Source: Paecilomyces variotii (Eukaryota). Taken from it: DNA of 64,000 bases. Shown here one piece after another: positions 12,411 through 27,900 of this stretch. The stretch's first letter is position 1. Each line of letters begins with the position of its first letter. The notes below the pieces were generated by a model, which ran no database searches, had not been told where the DNA came from, and saw nothing but the letters and a program-made list of their open reading frames with translations. The position numbers and the translations under genes are program-made. Location: the NCBI GenBank assembly GCA_004022145.1, contig RCNU01000003.1. One strand, given 5' to 3'.

Positions 12411-13938
12411 GGGGCGCCGCAGCTAGTATAATTCCCCAGATGTAGTTTTTACGCGGCCGGAAACCGCGGAGACAGGTTTGTTTTATGCGCCTGGAGCTGC
12501 CCACCAACTTTTACGCTGGAGGAGACAGTGGATTGTTCTGGAACCAAGTCCGGTAGCTGTGAAGGTAGCAGATAGAGTGACAGTGAAGTAGCGTAGATGC
12601 GATCGCGAACCAAGCTAGGAAGCTCCGGAACGGCGCAAGACAGCGAGGAGTGAAGTAATAAAGCAGTCAGGGGTGTAGGAGAGGCGACGCAGCAAGCTCA
12701 CAACGAGGCCAGGACCGGGGAACGTGGGAAAGAAAAATAAAAAATAGAAAACGGGACAAGGCTTTTTGAAGATAGAAAAGCATCGAGGCCAGTGGAAGAG
12801 CCGGACCGGGATCGATCATGTCATTTTGGGACTTTTCGGACAGCGCGGGGATAAGCTGCAGCGCCGGAGGGCGTGGCAACAAGCAGCGCCCAAGCTCCCA
12901 GCTCCGTGGCCGAGAGCGGCTTGTTCCTTGGGACTTCTTGGTCGGTCTAACACTCCGGCTGAACGCGCGCGACTAACTACTTTTTCATTTTTTTTTCATT
13001 CGTTTTTTTTTTGCCCATTAATTTCTGCAGAGTTACTGGTACTCCTGCTCTCTTTTTGGTGTCTGCCTGGATGCGTAACTCTGGCGTAACGGGTGGTGCC
13101 ATCTGGAGAAGAAGGGGAAAGACTGTGCCGGCTCCCGAGTACTTGGGATCAGCTTACTCTGTACTTACTACTTAGTTACTTACTCTACGCTGGATAGTTA
13201 ATTAAATAGTTATTATTATGATACGAAAGCCAAGGACCAAACCGAACTGCGAAAGTCATGGCTAGCAACTATCCGAGTCAGGCATCAGGATAGTTATGGC
13301 CCATTCGATTATGCTGTCCATAGAATCCATGAAATTACCTAGCTAACTATGTATTATTATTTAGTTAGTTACTGTTAGTTACTTACAGCCTTGGGCGCAT
13401 TCGGCACACTTGGCGCCGGCCCTACGGTGCTGGCCGAAGTACCGACGACCGGCAGTCCCGGAACCTCGATCGAAGTCACTTGCTCCAGCGGTCTGTGTGT
13501 CTAGTGACTTCACCTGAAGTACCGGTACTCGTCCTTGTCTCTGACGTACTCTGAAGGTGTTGACTTGCTGTGGATATTCGTGCAACACACCATCAATCCA
13601 GACAAGACATTGCATATAAGTACTACTACTTAGCTTGCTGTTGGAAGGGTGAATAATCCTGTGACGGGGTCGACTCTCTTGGCTTTAATTTCCTAACTTG
13701 ACACTAAGACACTAATGGGGCTGGTCAGAAAAACGCCCAGCCCTAACTAAACTGTAAATTATCTACTGCTCTCTAACAAGCACGAACCAGGCGGTCACAT
13801 TGGGCGTTGGGACCTCGTGCATAAAATAATTCATTCCATGCACTAAGTCTTCAAGTGCGGAAGTACGGAGCATCAGCAAACCGGAATCGAACAGTTTCTT
13901 TCTTTCTCTGGATCCTGATTAATAAGTAATACATAATA

Positions 13939-14284
13939 CAGTAAAACCTGGATATAACGAATCATTTTAGCCAGGTAGTGTAATTCGTTGTATAGAGGAT
14001 TCGTTATATAAAAAGTGGGTCTGTATTAGTAATATTGGTATGGGCAGTAAATTTTTCGAAAAGATTACCCTAATAGGAAATTTTTAATGAGGTAATCACT
14101 GATTAATAAGGTAAGTTTGTACCTTTGTATAACGAATTGTATGGAAAAGGCCTGAAAAAATTAACGAATTTCGTAGTAGGGAGGAATAACGAATTTTGTA
14201 TGGGATTTTAATTTTGACACGGTTTTGAATTCGTTATGTCGAGGTATTCGTTATACCCGGGTTCGTTATAGCCAGGTTTTACTG
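13939..14284. mobile_element. 346-bp non-autonomous Tc1/mariner (pogo/Tigger-like) MITE
   Basis: 23-bp TIRs CAGTAAAACCTGG(A/C)TATAACGAA (22/23 identical), TA on both flanks (13937-13938, 14285-14286), repeated internal TTCGTTAT/ATAACGAA motifs, no ORF. Confidence 0.88.
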
Positions 14285-16752
14285 TAATAACTACCAACTC
14301 GGGGAACAGCTAGACGGGGTTTCTATACTATAATAATAATAATAACCTCAGACTGTCAGCGACCCGACGCATCCTGAACACAAATCCCGCGGCCTCTGCA
14401 GCGTAACGGGATTGAACAGTGTGCCCATCTTGCGCATACGGCGATATGGAGAAATTCTCCATCTCTTCTTATTGATCATATGCACCCCGCAGCGTCCTAT
14501 CACCGCTTCTACGCCAAATCGGGCATATCGCAGGGGGACCGTGTTGTTGTACGGAGTGAGTCGCATGTGGTAAGCGGTCGTCTTGATCCGCGGACTGATT
14601 GTATACTTACCAACGTTGAGAGATGGCAGGCTCTATAGGAGATATCTCGTTATGCCCGACTAAGTACCTACCATACTCTACAGTTGTCGCATTGTAAACC
14701 CGACCGCCATGTCATCTGTCAAACAACCGCTCGCGATGTGTATCTCATGATAATTATACAGTCAATCAATCTATGAGTTTCGCCTCGGTTCACTCTCCGC
14801 CATTTCATGCAGCTGCGCTCCAGTGCTAGCGCGATAGTGGCCGCGGATCATCGGACCAGCCAAGGGCCCTTGCTGGCACCAGCTGGATGTCTGCCTTCTC
14901 GCGCCCAGTCAAGCAAGCCGATGCTTGTTTACTCTACCGAGTCTACTCTGTCCAGCTGAAGATACCATCTCCTCCCGTGTGTGGTGTGAAGTGAACTATC
15001 CAGGGATATCAGACTCTATGAGACTATCGACCGGGCTTCGATCCAGAATAGGAGCTTCCGTCGACCGGCGGGGAATATCGCAATAATACTTCGATTGCCT
15101 GCCTGCGCAAGGGTGTTGCAGTCAGGACGTGCGATCGTCTTCGTTGTCACGTCTCGGGGAGTACCATACTGTAATAATTATGCGCCAGACCCCAGACGAC
15201 GCCTCCAGGAGTCCAGGGTGTACCTATGGTATGGTATGTATACCTCGCTCGCGCAGCAGCTTAATACGAAAAGAGCAAGTCTTGAGTCTGCAGCTCGCGA
15301 CTTCGATACCCAAGGCCCACTTTCACCGTTGCAGCGTCTGGACGACGACGGCTGGAGTTGCTGTTATTTGACCGTAGGATAACACTCATCCTCGCTTAGT
15401 GCTTGCGAACGGGGCAGCCTGCTGACTTTTTTCCTTTCCTTGAAGCGGGATCCGGACTCTGGTCAGCCGCCAGGCCGATTGCTGATCCCGTTGTGCTTTG
15501 CTTGCTTTGCTTACGAGTAGAGTATGGTGGATGACCAACTAAGTTATTTACCTCATATCTAGTCCAGTCCCAAGACCAGGTCATTCCGTCTTGGTATTAT
15601 TATTAGTCTATTGAGAGAAGAAAAAGAGCTCGGAGCTTCAGTAACCACGCACCTTCTCATATCGCCACGGCCTCGTTCTATCGCCGTCCAGGGACCAGCA
15701 AATAATAATAACACCAACCTTTCTCCACCATGCCCTTTTTCTTCTTGCTAACCAAGTTAGATAGATACTCTTAACTTACACAGACGTTCGTATGACTCAT
15801 GGAATCCAGACTTGGAATGGTTCGGGCGTGGACTTCCCCGGCAGGTATTATTATTGCGGAACGACCGTTCGGACAACAAGGCTGACTGCCACAGCATCAT
15901 AACCTACAGATGAGCTTTCCAATCACAAGAGACAAGTTTCATATCCTATCCGCAGGATCAAAAACGTCCCTGAATGCGATCCACCACTGAGGACTTCGCC
16001 CCTGTCCATCCATGACTTAACCAAGAGTAGGTATCTACGAGTATATCGCTCGAATCTGCTCGTCGTGTGCAAGTATACCATAAGTATATTGATTTTCTGC
16101 CACCAGACTACTAACTAACCTTTAGACGATATTGACCACTTGAGGAGAATGTTCCCGTTTACCATCTAGCATCCGTCACATCTGTCTTACTTTGGACAAG
16201 AAGCCCGCCAGATCCCGAGTGCCGTCTCCGAGCAGCGCAAAATTTTTTTCTTTCTTTTCTTTCTTTCTTCGGTAGATAATAGTAATAATAATAATCAAAT
16301 CCAACCCGCCAACTTCCAGAAGACGATCTTCGTTCCCGTTATAACGGGATCTGACAGGACACCGTGCCCACATTCCTCCCGCTGTAGGAGTTGAAACTAG
16401 AATCCGCCGTCCTGGGTCAACCATGGCTCGGGGCGCTCCAGCCGGGGCGACGCGGATATGATGTATTGCACTTTTCTCTCTCTCTCTCTCTCTCTCTGTC
16501 TCTTCTGTGACCACTGACGCATACTCTTTTGAAGACTCAGCGTCTGCATCTGTTATTATTGCAGTGGCATGAGCGCGATAAGCAATTGTAAATATGCTTA
16601 AATAACTATCCTACAAGGTCGCCTACACTGTTGTGTCGATCTGCCACGGGTAAACAATATGCGCTAGTTAGTTACCTACAGTAGATACGGGCAAATGACC
16701 GCATATCCTATCCTACTCTACCTAGATATAGTGTAATTCAACCACGCAGGGG

Positions 16753-16859
16753 AAAAGTCAGGATCATGCGCCAGCGACGGGGTTCGAATAATAATTCATA
16801 CCATATTCTTCGAGACCCAGTCGAATCCCGTCGCTGACATTCCTGATTTTTTTTTTTTT
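16753..16859 (+). repeat. Inverted repeat whose arms resemble the tRNA-Ser 3' exon, followed by a T13 run
   Basis: Arms AAAAGTCAGGA...CAGCGACGGGGTTCGA (16753-16787) and TCGAATCCCGTCGCTGACATTCCTGATTTTT (16821-16851); 16821-16838 matches the tRNA's TCGAATCCTGTCGCTGAC at 17/18. Confidence 0.7.
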
Positions 16860-19066
16860 CTGGGATTTGGGATAACTACGTACTTAACCCTGTCCGGATA
16901 AGCAAGTTATATACCTAAGCCGAAAGTTTCCCGCGCATACTTAACTTTGGCGGGCTAAAAGACACGATGCTTTCCGCATAGAGTAAGTGCAGTACATACC
17001 TACCCGTGGACATAGTTAGACTACACTACTAGCACTTAATTACAACAGTGCTTCTTCTGCGCTTTGAAAGATTTACTCCTTCTATTTCGCTTGTTTTAAT
17101 TTATAGTCGTGTTTTTTTTTCGAGGCTTAATCTCTCTTATTCTTTGCTGTTTCTTCTCTTTCTGATCTTCTTATCATCTCCCTCTTATACCTTGCCGACC
17201 GCACGGATATACTCTTCGCAGATCTAAACTGAAGATCTCGGGATTCGGCACCTTTTTAAACATTTGTCGTCTCTGCTAAAATTGGGAGAATAATAATATA
17301 TAACACTACTACTACTAAGTAGTATTGTCCGTTTTTTCTTTTTCTTTCGTTTAACTAAGAAGGTTGATTAATTCAATGTCGCTTTTTTCCCCGTTAACTA
17401 CATTGCTAGCGCCCTAAGATCCCGTTAATAGAGATTCAGGGAAGTAGAAATACTACCGTAACTGAATTACTAGACTCTCGAGTGAGCAAGTATTATAGAA
17501 TAAAAGATCATTACCGGATAAATAATAAAGTAGGATAAATCGATTAAAACTTAAAGATAAACAATTCCTGCTGCTATTCAGCTTATATACAACACTAACT
17601 GTTCGGAAATTCCAATATATAGCCTTCCTCAACGCTATTATTTCATCGTCTGAGGTAATTATCAACTTACGTAGTGAGTTTATTAAACTACTCCTCTTCC
17701 CAGGACCTCAGAGTAATAGTATACCAGAACAAGCATCTATTTACCACAACGCACGTGAGAAAGAAGGGGTAAAGACTATAGTTATTTAAAGGAGACTGAG
17801 AAACATTTGCTTTGATGAAGTTAAGGCACACTCACCCACTCACTCACTCATTCAGTTCAGTTCAGTTCAATTTATTCAGTTCTAGTATGGAGTAGTTAAC
17901 GAAATCCACGTCCTTCAGCTATTGATCAGTAGTACATGTCAAATATGCCACGTTGCAGGCAAAGCCCTTTCCTCGACCTCGACCTTGAGCTCCGAAACCG
18001 AACGGTAAGTTACTTCTCGATATCTGCATGCTCTAGGACGGACTCTATGCTGAGTCTCATGATAATATAATTGACATAATGATGTTTATTATAATAGTTA
18101 GCTATATATTGCAAATTATATAGGTAATACTTAACTAGCGGGAGCTATTATTCAAAATCCGATCACGGAAATTACCTATATTAAATTGACTCTACCTAGT
18201 TAGGACGGGGATACTGCGCGATTATTCCGTGGGGAGTTAACTTCGGGATCAAGAAAAAAAAAAAGGAGATATAAACTTTCCTTCTGAGGAATAACCTGTG
18301 TTGCATGAGCAGTAATTGCAGTGCGGGGTTCTTTCACTTTCCTGTCTTGATGGAGGAGCAAGAATTGAGGTTTGTGGACGTTGGGCACTTCAAAAAGAAG
18401 GAGGAGGAGGGATGGCGAACAAAAGCGCCCATGAAAACGCTATACTTTGTCGTACTTAACCAGAGAAACGGTCGAGGCGAATGACGATGTCTCAGTACGG
18501 TGTGGATCCAACCTACAGTATTTAATTACTGCTGATAAAATAATGTCTTTCGCAGTCGGACTTGACCTTGGCCATGTATTTTGGTTCGAGTCTGTCATAC
18601 TTCTTCGAGAGACCCGAATGCAACTACGCGAACCTGTATGGAAAGTCCCAGGCGGTTGTTCGTACTGCTCATTATCTCTCCAGGTGCAGACGCACGTTGT
18701 ACTGCTGCGTGTAGGTTCTATGTAGCACCGGGAAGGACCAATCCAGCAAGTTCTATCGTGACGGATAAATTGTCACATCTCTGATTTTCAAGTAGTTTTT
18801 CATTGACAATATGTAAAACCACTTGGGAACTCGATCCACTCGCATATCATGTCATACAAAGAAGTAATGTAACAATAAGAATTTCAAAGCTACTGCCCCG
18901 AAATAAAATGGGTTCGTTCACTGGGTATTGTACCGGACAACGCCAACCAGCACCGAACCGAGATGCTCCATGATTTACATAGAATCTCAACGCCTAACCA
19001 TGTACCCGGCGCGAGCAAGAAAAGAAAATGACTGCATCAGGATTCACAGGAAATAGAATAGAGACC

Positions 19067-20892
19067 TCAGTGGCCCTGGCTCTTGCTCTGGTTATGGTCA
19101 TCCACCTTGGCCGTGAGAGAGCGCAAGTTGTAGAAAAGAAGATACGCATCTGCATTCAGCACGTCTGCTTCCCCTGCGGGAGTTACCTGATCGTCGTTGA
19201 AAAGCATCCACTGAGACTAGTTAGGTAACTGAAACGAGGTACATATAGGCTACGGGTGATATCCTACCTGTTCGCCTTGTCGACAATATGCGTAGTAATG
19301 TCCCGTGTCGAGTTGGCCCTTGTGGATAACAGCGGTGGACAGGTCATACATGTATTTTGACTTGGGCACCTTTTGCGAGTTTGGCTTGGTCGTGTAAGGA
19401 AGCATGTTGATGGATAGCGGGAAGTTCACCCTGCCCTCAAGTTTCTCCGAAACAGCCTCTGAATGTCCAAAGCGCTGGTTTTGTATGTCAGTTAAAGCCA
19501 CCCAAATCACCACTATAACAGAAGTCGACGAACCTTCAGCTGCATACACAGAATCGCTGGCAGCTTCTTGATCCTCAGCTGCTTAGTCGCTTTTTGACCT
19601 GCCCCACCACATTCACTGCAGTTGTACATTCCTGCCGATAGCCTCTCTGGAGAAGTAAATCTTTCCAGACAGCCGTGCAATGTTGGCGTAGACGGAGTAT
19701 CCTGCCCACCCAGTGCGTGCTTCTTCGCCCGCGTCTGCACATCAAGACTGAGGTCCATGATGGGGTCTTCAGTGCGAGTAACATTGCCGCAGTTGTCACA
19801 GGTGACGGTGCTCCGAAGTTTCCCATAGAAAGCTTTGTGGAAGAAGCATGGACAATCTTCATTCATGCCGTCGGCGTGTCCCTCAGCAGTAGCATGCAGC
19901 CTGTCGACGAGAAACTGATAGAACTCGTGGGCATCTTGTTGCCGGTAGCCTTGTAAAGACTGCCCATGGACATCGTCAACTCACTCGCTCAGATATACCA
20001 ATTGAAACAACGTGACTTACCACACTAGTGTTCCATAAGGCGTACATCAGCTGGACTGCCGTGAATGCCTCGTTCTTCTCGGTATTGTTAGCATCGGCAA
20101 AAGCGTCAGCCAGCGGACATGCCATGCAACGAGGCCACAGGCATTCATGCCCTTGATGGCCATTGCCAAGGAAATACGTGTTTAGTATTGGGTCATGAAG
20201 AAGGGCCTGCAAGATGACGTTCATATAACAAGATTGACCAAGGTTATATATACCCCTGGCGCCTTCCCTGCCACAGGGTCGTTTGTTCGCGTTAGCTCTA
20301 ACGTAGACTTGATCGGCGGAACTGTCGCTGAATTTCCGCTTTTTCGAAGCTGTACGAAGTTAGATGTGTAAATAAAATAGCGCTCAACACAACACGTACC
20401 TTTGAGAGGGCAACCCATCGCGAGCAAGCGTTCCAGGCCTCCGTCATAGACGAGATCATCGCATCCCTGACAGAAGAGATTGCAGTTTCTCGATTCCAAA
20501 TCTACCAACTGTCAGCAGTTATCGTGCAACGAGACACGATTCGACTTACAGAATTTATGACCTGTCTTCTCAGAGTGGGCGTGCCTGCCGCCGTTGTCAC
20601 AGGTTTCCGAACAGGTCAGACAATGATATGTCGGTCTGAGAGAAAAAATAGTCTTGGGAGTAGATGCCTTGTGGACAGAAGCACTCTTCTTTCGCGCTTC
20701 AATAGCAGCGTGAGACTTGGCGAATGATTCTCGGAACTGCGCAGCAGTGCTTTCATCCTTCCCAAGGACAGCCGCTAGATGTTCTGTTACGGAGTCAATA
20801 AAACTAGTCTAGTCTCCAGCCAAAGATGAATTGCACTTACCACAGCCATATTCCGCCTCAGACTTGACAAACACTCTAGTGGTAGTCGCCAT
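19067..20892 (-). CDS. Ubiquitin-specific protease (C19), Ubp8/USP22-like with N-terminal zf-UBP remnant, multi-exon
   Basis: YGCEH N-terminus, Cys box GIYNLGQSCYMNVILQ, QQDAHEF, His box HKGQLDTGHYYAYCR, WMLFNDD...AYLLFY; start codon less certain. Confidence 0.87.
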
Positions 20893-22149
20893 TTCGTATG
20901 CGTGTATAGGATGCAATTGCGTGTACACGAGAACAGAAAAAATTGTCCGCAACACCGACAGAGGAGAGCGATGGCTCAGAGACGAAACAGGATATTAGAT
21001 GATCCGATCGAGATGTTCTCGCACGCAATAGTACTGGGTAGGTAGACCTCAATCACCGCTAACCGAGTTCTTCTGAATCCGGTAAGAGAATGGGCTTGGG
21101 CAAAAAAGATAGGATGGATGAGGATATTAGAGCCACGGATTCCGCACAGCAGACTCAGGACTTCAGGACATGGAGATCAAGAACGAGAAACACGGAGATG
21201 CTGAAGAACCAGATACCAACGGGCTTTGATATTGGCAGTTCTCCACCGGACGGACAATCAAGCGCTAGCGGCTTTCACTATCAATAGCGGACAATAGGCA
21301 CAGCTGAAGGACCAACACAGGACTAGGAGAAGACACGGTGACATGAGACAATGCAGAATCAAGACAATGCCATGGGATTGGTCTTGAAGTGAATGGACCT
21401 GGGTGTGCTCGCGGGCGATGCGTTGGAGGCAAAGACGAAGGAAGAATCTCTGTTCGGCTCAGGGTCTGGCGCGTGTGTCGGCTGAGGCGGTAAAGGCAGC
21501 CTGTCAGAATCCCGGAGGCGGCGTGGCAAGTCGACGAATCGCGACAACTCTGATCTTCGCGCCAGAGATGCTCGACACATTTTAAGATCTAGTAGTTAAA
21601 GTACGCTTGGCTGCGTTTTACTGGTTTCTAGTGCATATCTAGCGCTTGCAAAATCTAACCTAGCAGGCGTGGAATTGACACTCCAGTTTGAGAGACCAAG
21701 GATGGATATGGGGTATCTAGTTAACTAGCCATCTGCGCGTGAGGACTCCCTGCGAAACGGGGTCCCAGTCCACCATTAAATTCATGGGATGTGTAGTATG
21801 GGGAATCACTACAGAGTCCTGACTCAAAAAGTTTGCTTGGTGAACAGGTTCTTATCAGGTCTGTTGTGGGCCACTAGCCAGTTGACGCCGCGTCCGGTAG
21901 TTAGCGGTGATCGTAATGTTCCGGGTACTAGCAACGGGTATTGGGCCATCATTGGAACATTGCGCCTTTGCGTCCAACAACTTGCGTGTCTCGTGGACTG
22001 GGGTTTACTCTAAAATCCCAAGTGAGGTCATCCATCACGCTATTTTGAGATCTGGCGGCAGATTCCCGGGGAAGATTGGATGTAATCATCGTCGGCATCG
22101 CATCACCAGTGGAAGTCCATCAATGCCGGGTTCACGTGTAGACTAAGTC

Positions 22150-22961
22150 TCAACGCACTCCTCTGCCCCTAGGCAACGCGCTTGGGCGAGCTGCTCTTCC
22201 ACTACCCCTCGTTGTGCCTCTTGTCGAATAGCGGTCGCCAATTGAGCCTCGAGTGGAGGAACCCCGGGAGGAGGTCCGCGAAGGTTTGGGAGTGGCTTTC
22301 GAAGATATTGTGGGCGGTGGATTCTCAATGAAGGTCGTGTCGGTGGTCCTGGAGGGAATCGAGATCAGTCAATGGGAACGCCAGGAACAATGTAGTTCGA
22401 CGAAAATCAAGTTGGCCACTCACAGGAAGGTGGTCTCTTCATTCGTAGAGCGATATTGATCTGCTGCAAGGTCTGACACGAACCAGATTAGCTGGGAACA
22501 GAGAAACTACGGAACCACACAACACACCCTCCTGGGTTTCCGCCTGTTTGGCCCTGCGGAAGGACTCTGAAATAGGAGCCTATCTCATATCAATACCGTG
22601 CTCATGGCTGTCTCCTCTCGTAGCCCTGCGATGGCAGCCATACCTCGGGAAAGTCGACACAGAAAGCATTCATGTTCAAGCCGTATAGGAAGCTGGCGAA
22701 ACTCTCACTGAACCGGGTCAGACTCTCGTGCATTAGCTGCAGATGCATAAAGTTCGCCTCCAGATCGGCCATCGAGTCTGCCAATTCCGCGAATTGTGGC
22801 TCCAGGGCGTTGATTGCAGGCTGCGAATACCCCGCACTATTTATACTTGCGCCATAACCATGGGCGTCCCGAAAGGATGATCGCGAGCTCGGGCGCAAAG
22901 GCGTTACCGGGCGGGAGGGAGGCCTCGAGCGCGACGCAGATCTGGGGGCGGAGTCTTCCAT
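22150..22961 (-). CDS. DAM1: DASH/Dam1 kinetochore complex subunit Dam1, multi-exon
   Basis: FAELADSMADLEANFMHLQLMHESLTRFSESFASFLYGLNMNAFCVDFPEAP signature; S/R-rich tail. Confidence 0.92.
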
Positions 22962-23374
22962 GGTCGTGTGCGCTCAGTGGCGCGGGGAGGAGGAGAGGTG
23001 GGAGAGGAAAAGAGGAAGAGATAGAGAGGAAGAAGTTGATACTGTAGAAGTGTAGATAGATACTTATGGTAGAGTAGACGATCGTTTGTTGACCCGCCAC
23101 ACGGGCTGTTGATGATCCGGGCCCAAGTGGGTGTGACGGAAGAGGCCGGCTTCCTCTACTACTTGCAACCGCCAACTTTCTCGATATAAACCCAGACATC
23201 TTTATCTTCATTCCTTATTATTCCTCCCCGCAATATCCCTCCCCCGCAATCTGGTGAGCGGCAGGGTCCTCGTGCAGATCGTTCTGATAGCGGACAATAT
23301 CAGGGTAAAACTAAACGACGTGACCGCGTTCATCCATCCTGGAGCAGCAGTCGGGCTGCTTCTCTCGGTAGCAC

Positions 23375-25383
<2,009 letters not shown>

Positions 25384-26765
25384 ACTGTTGGAATTGATCA
25401 GAGCATCAGCTAGGTCTGATATCGGCGGTTTCTGTTTCTCTGGAGTTCAAACATATTATCACTGGACTATGACATGCGTCTTTTTGGGTCTGGTTTGTAT
25501 ACGCGCTTCCTTGGCCGCTTGAATGAATTGTGTACGGTACACGGTTTCTGAACTTTTTTTGGTATGGTGCTGAGGGTGCCATATTTGTGCTTGTTTTATT
25601 TGTACTATTGTCTCGCATTATTAGACGTCATATATATCCGTCTTCTATTTTTCCAGTTTTTTTCCACGCTTTCTTGCCTCGTTACTATTTATCTCACTTT
25701 TCTATTTAGATGAATTGTTGAATGTAATGCCAGATAAAGATCCGCGAGGAAGAGATGTATGTACTACATCGGCTAACTATATTCGGAAATAGTAAGATAA
25801 GACGGGATATACACAATTGAAAAATGAACGGATCCAACTTGTACAATATCTATAGGTCACTAGGGATATGACTTAAGGCAGATTCTTCATTCCTAGCTTA
25901 AGAAACGGCTCAATGAATATATGGAGAAAAAACGAATTTACTTCTGTTATCCTTCTCATTTCCTATGTTGATTGGCATGGATTTCAAAATTCCGTTTACA
26001 TTGTTAATGTGGTAAGTACAGACCCATGGTCTTCAATAAACTGAAGAGATGCTTCATCTCCTGCCTAACCATCGCTAGTGTCTTTCGGTTGACAGCTTTT
26101 AAGACTCCTCTCGCTTTATTGACTCCTGTTCCGTCTCTTACTTCAGTATATGAAGAAGAGGGTATATCTCTGCACAATTTCCGAACGCAACACGGTTCCC
26201 GGTGAGCCTCATCTCGAGGAGATCGTTCATCGTGTACCCGCTCATTGCCATCGCCTCATCTTACCCCGATGGCTTTCGATAGCAAGCGTATGTGAGGCTC
26301 ACATATCGTTCTGACCTTCTTTGGCTCTAGCCAGTGCAAAACTTCCTGGACCTCTTTCTCTGTCATTCCCAGCTCACTGATCCAGGACTATTTCTTCGAA
26401 TACTTGTCTTTGCAAAGACAATTGTTTAGGTTTGCATCTATTCGAGTTCCATGCTCGAACCACCTCCAGTAACGGACGTGGCCTTTCGTCAAGAGTTCAG
26501 GAAACTGTTAAACTGAATCTGAAAAGAAGTAATAGGAGTGACAGGGAGAGAAGAATATATGGGCGAGAGTTTCGCTAGGAAATTGGACTTATACTTGATA
26601 ATAAACAACTTAACGCTTGACCTCAGCTTGAGAGGGGAAGGGGCGTTTGAGCCCGTCAAAGCGAAAAAAACGTGACACTTCCTTTCTGGATTTGATCATC
26701 AGATCATATATAGAGAAAAACCCGAAGGTTTAATGATCCACTGATGATGATATTAGTTAGAATCC

Positions 26766-27900
26766 TTATCCACTCATTATCTTATCTTCATTACTGCTGC
26801 CAATACGCAGTCTCCAGTACTGTCGTCCAGTCGATGCGTTATCGACAGTTCTCTTGATCTTCTTTGCTGAATATATAGGTGATGAAAGTGCGCTTGCACT
26901 CTGTGTGATTAGTACCAAGTGCGTCCAGATTATATTGCTTGCCTTGCTACCCCAGTTCCATCCATGGGGGCTTGACCACTTTGAGTACTATGAAATGTCA
27001 GTATAGATAACTAGATCAGTAGAGATTCTTACCCTAGCTTCGTTGTCAATGCGCAGAAAGGTAAAATCATCACCATCAGAGACACAGCCATAGACTACTG
27101 CGTTTATCCTGCCTTCTTGCTTCCGAATGTGATGCACCATGCCTGTGTAGTATAATTAGGACACTCGTCCAACTTGTAGAAACAAGAATTAAGAGAAAAA
27201 AAAAAAAAAAAAAAAAAAAAAATAGAAAGCAAAAGGCGAAAAAGGCCAAAGGAGGAAGGTCCTGACTTACCCATATAGGCAAGACACTGAGGAACTCCAC
27301 CGGACACACCGGCCTCGTCCTTGGCCTCGCAAATAACAGTGTTTATCGACATGCCCCTGTTGTCGTACCAAATGGAATAGTCGGATTGGCCGCTCAAAAT
27401 ACGGTCGTCGCCATTGTACTTCACCCTAAGCTCTAGGTGAGATTCCGCAATAAGGGTAACACATCTTTCTTTCTTCTGCTGTTGTTCCATCCGGATGCAC
27501 GTCTGGAGGATAACATCCAAAATCCAACGGCATGTTGCCTCATTGGTCGGATCTCCGCCTAGTACTTCTCTGATATCACGAAGACGATCACCTTGGAACA
27601 TCAGCACATCATACGGCATGACAACATAAAAGGTATAAACCTACGAACGATTGTAGGAACGGGAATGATGTCCTCTTCATTAAGAGACCAAATTTCTCGA
27701 GCACGGTCATCCTGGGACAGCCCTAGCAAATCCCTAACCTCGTGCTCTTTCAGACTGCTGGCTCCAAGCGATGGCGGCACCTGGTTCATCTGCTGTAATG
27801 CCTCTTCCACCTTTTCAGCTGCTTGTGATTTCTCAACGAGGATCTCTTTTAACAAGTGCAGGATGGTCCTGACCCGTTTAAGGCAAGGGGATGTGGGCAT
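26766..27900 (-). CDS. Uncharacterised fungal protein with a PD-(D/E)xK restriction-endonuclease-like motif set, 4 exons
   Basis: Splices into an open frame with E...SGQSDYSIWY...ICEAKD...QCLAYMGMVH...VYGCVSDGDDFTFLRIDN; GT-AG introns; the fold call is inference from motif spacing. Confidence 0.65.

Noticed and set aside
16729-16840. Possible intact tRNA gene
   Set aside because: No consistent acceptor, anticodon and T arms could be folded; kept only as a tRNA-like hairpin
18411-18784. Short plus-strand ORFs with intron-like signals
   Set aside because: The splice combinations I tried hit early stops and gave no recognisable protein
21359-21580. 73-aa ORF upstream of the UBP8-like gene
   Set aside because: No motifs and no clear splice path into the CDS; may be UTR or a uORF
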